From: Macrostomum lignano
Taxonomy: Eukaryota
Assembly (NCBI GenBank): GCA_002269645.1
Contig: NIVC01003570.1
Location: forward strand, 26,723 to 90,722
DNA: 64,000 nucleotides
Direction of reading: 5' to 3'
In this document: positions 60,877-64,000 of the stretch, one piece after another
How positions within the stretch are numbered: position 1 is the first letter of the stretch
Layout of the letters: each line of letters begins with the position of its first letter
The notes under the pieces: generated by a model
What the model was told of the DNA's origin: nothing
Seen by the model: only the letters and a program-made list of their open reading frames with translations
Database searches by the model: none
Made by a program: the position numbers and the translations under genes

Positions 60877-61357
60877 GGTTTCGTCTTTGCTAATCTTACT
60901 ATTCTAATTAGCATCACTTGTGTGCTTTCCAGAATATGCACGCAAATACGGTTGTGCCATAGACTACGCTTGCGCGAGCTAAAATACTTTAATTAGCACA
61001 TGTCGTAAGGTGTCGTAGCGAGTGTTGAAAAGGATTGTTGGTTTAGTGCAAAATCAAGATCTGTATATTTTTTTTTAACTAAAATGTCTTGGGTTGACCT
61101 TATAAACAAAAAAATCTTGAATGCTACTGAAGCTCAGTGAATTGAAATGAATTATTCTTTTTAAAACGCTTTTAATAACAGAGGTTCGGTGTCCGGAAAT
61201 TTGGTTTGCAGGTCGAGTGAGAGTTAGAAAATGAGAGTGCACCGATCAAAAGCACTCGTCGTAAGCAGACTTTGCTCTCTTATCTTCCAGTTCCAAATCC
61301 TTTATAACTTTTGGCTGTCCTCCACCATTCACTTGTTAGTCTTGGTACTTTTTGTTG

Positions 61358-62122
61358 TCAACACGGATGTGTTTTGTGCGAACCACCGCGGTGCGAGCTG
61401 GGACCACCATGGTGCGAGCTGGGACCACCGTGGTGCGAGCTGGGACCACCGTGGTGCGAGCTGGGACCACCATGATGCGAGCTGGACCACCATGCTGTGA
61501 GCTGGGACCACCACCGCGCTGCGATATGGGACCAACCGAGACTGTCATTGCCTTGGAGACGTTGGTCAACTTGGTGGTCAGCCCTTGATTCTCATGTCCA
61601 CCTCCTTGCCGTTGCGGGTTACATTAAGGGTCATCTCACCGCCAGTTGACTGCACGGTGGTAATTTCAATCTTGTTGCCGAACGGGTCCACATTCTTGTG
61701 TGACGGGTGCCCTTGGCGATGTGCCGCTGCACCAGCTGCTCGCAGAAGGCCGGTCGCTGAGGTCAGACGGCGAGTTGCAGACGGCCTCGACGTGCACTTT
61801 GTACGGATCCCGCAGAGAGATTAGGTTGGACGGGAAAGAGAGCGCCTCTCCGCTCTCCGACTTCTCGCTGAGGAAGTTCTTCCTGAGTGCCGTCTCGAAT
61901 TCCTCGGTTAACTGGTCCAGTTCCATGGTGGATTCCTGCTTGACTCGCGACTCCTTGGATTTAACGTCGTTCTTTTCGAGGTCCTGTGCGTTAGACTTCA
62001 AAAGGCACTGCAGGTAGCGTTTGCGTTTTTCGTTGCAGTACAGAATCTGGAAGGCCTCGCTGATGCGGAAGAAGTGCCGCTCAGACTCCGCCTTGTTGTC
62101 CGGGTTGTTCTCCGGGTGCCAC
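61358..62122 (-). CDS. J-domain protein 3 (HPE), second exon only, several apparent 1-nt frameshifts; probable (GGPSSHH)n tail
   Basis: Acceptor AAG| then WHPENNPDNKAESERHFFRISEAFQILYCNEKRKRY. A downstream frame gives KNVDPFGNKIEITTVQSTGGEMTLNVTRNGKEVDM, resembling the paralog 2 C-terminus. Exon 1 was not found and may lie beyond the terminal array. Confidence 0.68.
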
Positions 62123-62759
62123 CTTGGTGTCAGATTGGCAAGGGAGTGATTTGGTCGGAGTGAGGCAATGGGAAGCTGATAATCAGGGTTGAAACGCAAA
62201 TTGATTTCTGGTGTACAGGTGCTGTTGAGATCGAGATTGAATAGAAGAATTTACGCATTGAGGAATAAAAGCGACGCATTGAATACGGCGTACATTAGTT
62301 GAACACTTTGACAGTAGCATAATAACACCGAATCTGCAACTTGTATTCGCGATTTCGCATGAATGAAATATTTAAATTTCCACAACTGACTGTTTGTTTG
62401 TTATTAATCACAATTTGTTAGTTTAGTTAGTCAGTGAGTCACAGTCACAGACCCCTAATTGGACTATCTGGTCGCTACAAAACACTCGTGAAATTTGACT
62501 CCTAGCATTGCAGTTTTTGGAGGAGAGCAGAATAGCTCTGCGGTTAGCCCTAGCCCCTGAGGCATACATGCCTGACAATGAGAACCGGAGTCGCTATACA
62601 ACCTGTGTGAACGTGTGCCTGCATGCATAAGCCTCGTATTCGTTTGCGAGAGTGCATCAGTGGAACAGGCATGACTGCTTGGATCCTCGCCGGCTGTGGA
62701 TAGACTGTTGTCACAATTTTTGCAGTACCAAAGCCACTGCAAACTACGATAATTAAGGC

Positions 62760-64000
62760 ATTCTGGTCAGCTCAACGCACTCTTCACCGGACATCTGGTC
62801 AGCTCAACTCACTCTTCATCAGACATTCTGGTCAGCTCAACGCACTCTTCACCGGACATTCTGGTCAGCTCAACTCACTCTTCATCAGACATTCTGGTCA
62901 GCTCAACTCACTCTTCATCAGACATTCTGGTCAGCTCAACTCACTCTTCATCAGACATTCTGGTCAGCTCAACGCACTCTTCACCGGACATTCTCGTCAG
63001 CTCAACTCACTCTTCATCAGACATTCTGGTCAGCTCAACGCACTCTTCACCGGACATTCTGGTCAGCTCAACTCACTCTTCATCAGACATTCTGTTCAGC
63101 TCAACGCACTCTTCACCGGACATTCTGGTCAGCTCAACGCACTCTTCACCGGACATTCTGTCAGCTCAACGCACTCTTCACCGGACATTCTGGTCAGCTC
63201 AACGCACTCTTCACCGGACATTCTGGTCAGCTCAACGCACTCTTCACCGGACATTCTGGTCAGCTCAACGCACTCTTCACCGGACATTCTGCTCAGCTCA
63301 ACGCATTCTTCACCGGACATTCTGCGTCAGCTCAACGCACTCTTCACGGACATTCTGGTCAGTCTCAACGCACTCTTCACCGCGACATTCTGGTCAGCTC
63401 AACTCACTCTTCATCAGACATTCTGGTCAGCTCAACGCCTCTTCACCGGACATTCTTTGCGTCAGCTCAACGCACTCTTCACCGGACATTCTGGTCAGCT
63501 CAACGCACTCTTCACGGACATTCTGGTCAGCTCAACGCACTCTTCACGGACATTCTGGTCAGTCAACGCACTCTCACCGGACATTCTGGTCAGCTCAACG
63601 CACTCTTCACCGGACATTCTGCTCAGCTCAACGCATTCTTCACCGGACATTCTGGTCAGCTCAACGCACTCTTCACCGGACATTCTGGTCAGCCAACGCA
63701 CTCTTCACCGGACATTCTGGTCAGCTCAACGCACTCTTCACCGGACATTTCTGGTCAGCTCAACGCACTCTTCACCGGACATTCTGGTCAGCTCAACGCA
63801 CTCTTCACCGGACATTCTGCCTCAGCTCAACGCATTCTTCACCGGACATTCTGGTCAGCTCAACGCACTCTTCACCGGACATTCTGGTCAGCTCAACGCA
63901 CTCTTCACGGACATTCTGCTCAGCTCAACGCACTCTTCACCGGACATTCTGATCAGCTCAACGCACTCTTCACCGGACATTCTGGTCAGCTCAACGCACT
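62760..64000. repeat. 33-bp minisatellite GGACATTCTGGTCAGCTCAACGCACTCTTCACC, runs off the right edge
   Basis: Visible; many 1-2-nt indels after ~63150. Confidence 0.95.

Noticed and set aside
62130-62750. Search for the first exon of J protein 3
   Set aside because: No Y..LGV/LEV...AY helix-I/II sequence with a phase-2 donor was found; it probably lies beyond the terminal array.

Overview
Eukaryotic, repeat-rich animal genomic DNA with GC-rich exons, GT-AG introns and a different minisatellite in most introns. The style suggests a flatworm such as Macrostomum, but that is inference and was not tested. From left to right: (1) an intact Mag-type Ty3/Gypsy retrotransposon (single gag-pol ORF running off the left edge, ~78-bp 5' LTR), antisense and apparently intronic to (2) the last two exons of an M13 neprilysin-like peptidase; (3) a WSC + PAN/apple secreted-protein gene with a frame break and a 4.6-kb 44-bp array in its intron; (4) a ~13-exon MTUS1/MTUS2/CCDC69/toucan-family coiled-coil gene on the minus strand, with a GC-AG intron and a 7-kb TA-flanked, inverted-repeat-bounded element carrying a higher-order tandem array; (5) a 527-bp MITE with an 8-bp TSD; (6) a C16orf89/UPF0764 homolog; (7) an 8-exon ARMC8 ortholog; (8) three tandem J-domain genes with HPS, HPD and HPE motifs, two of which end in His-rich coding repeats. 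The J-gene trio is the best novelty candidate. Most long ORFs in the supplied track are translations of tandem repeats. Single-base frameshifts cluster at the right end and probably reflect long-read assembly errors. All homology calls come from recalled motifs; no searches were run.
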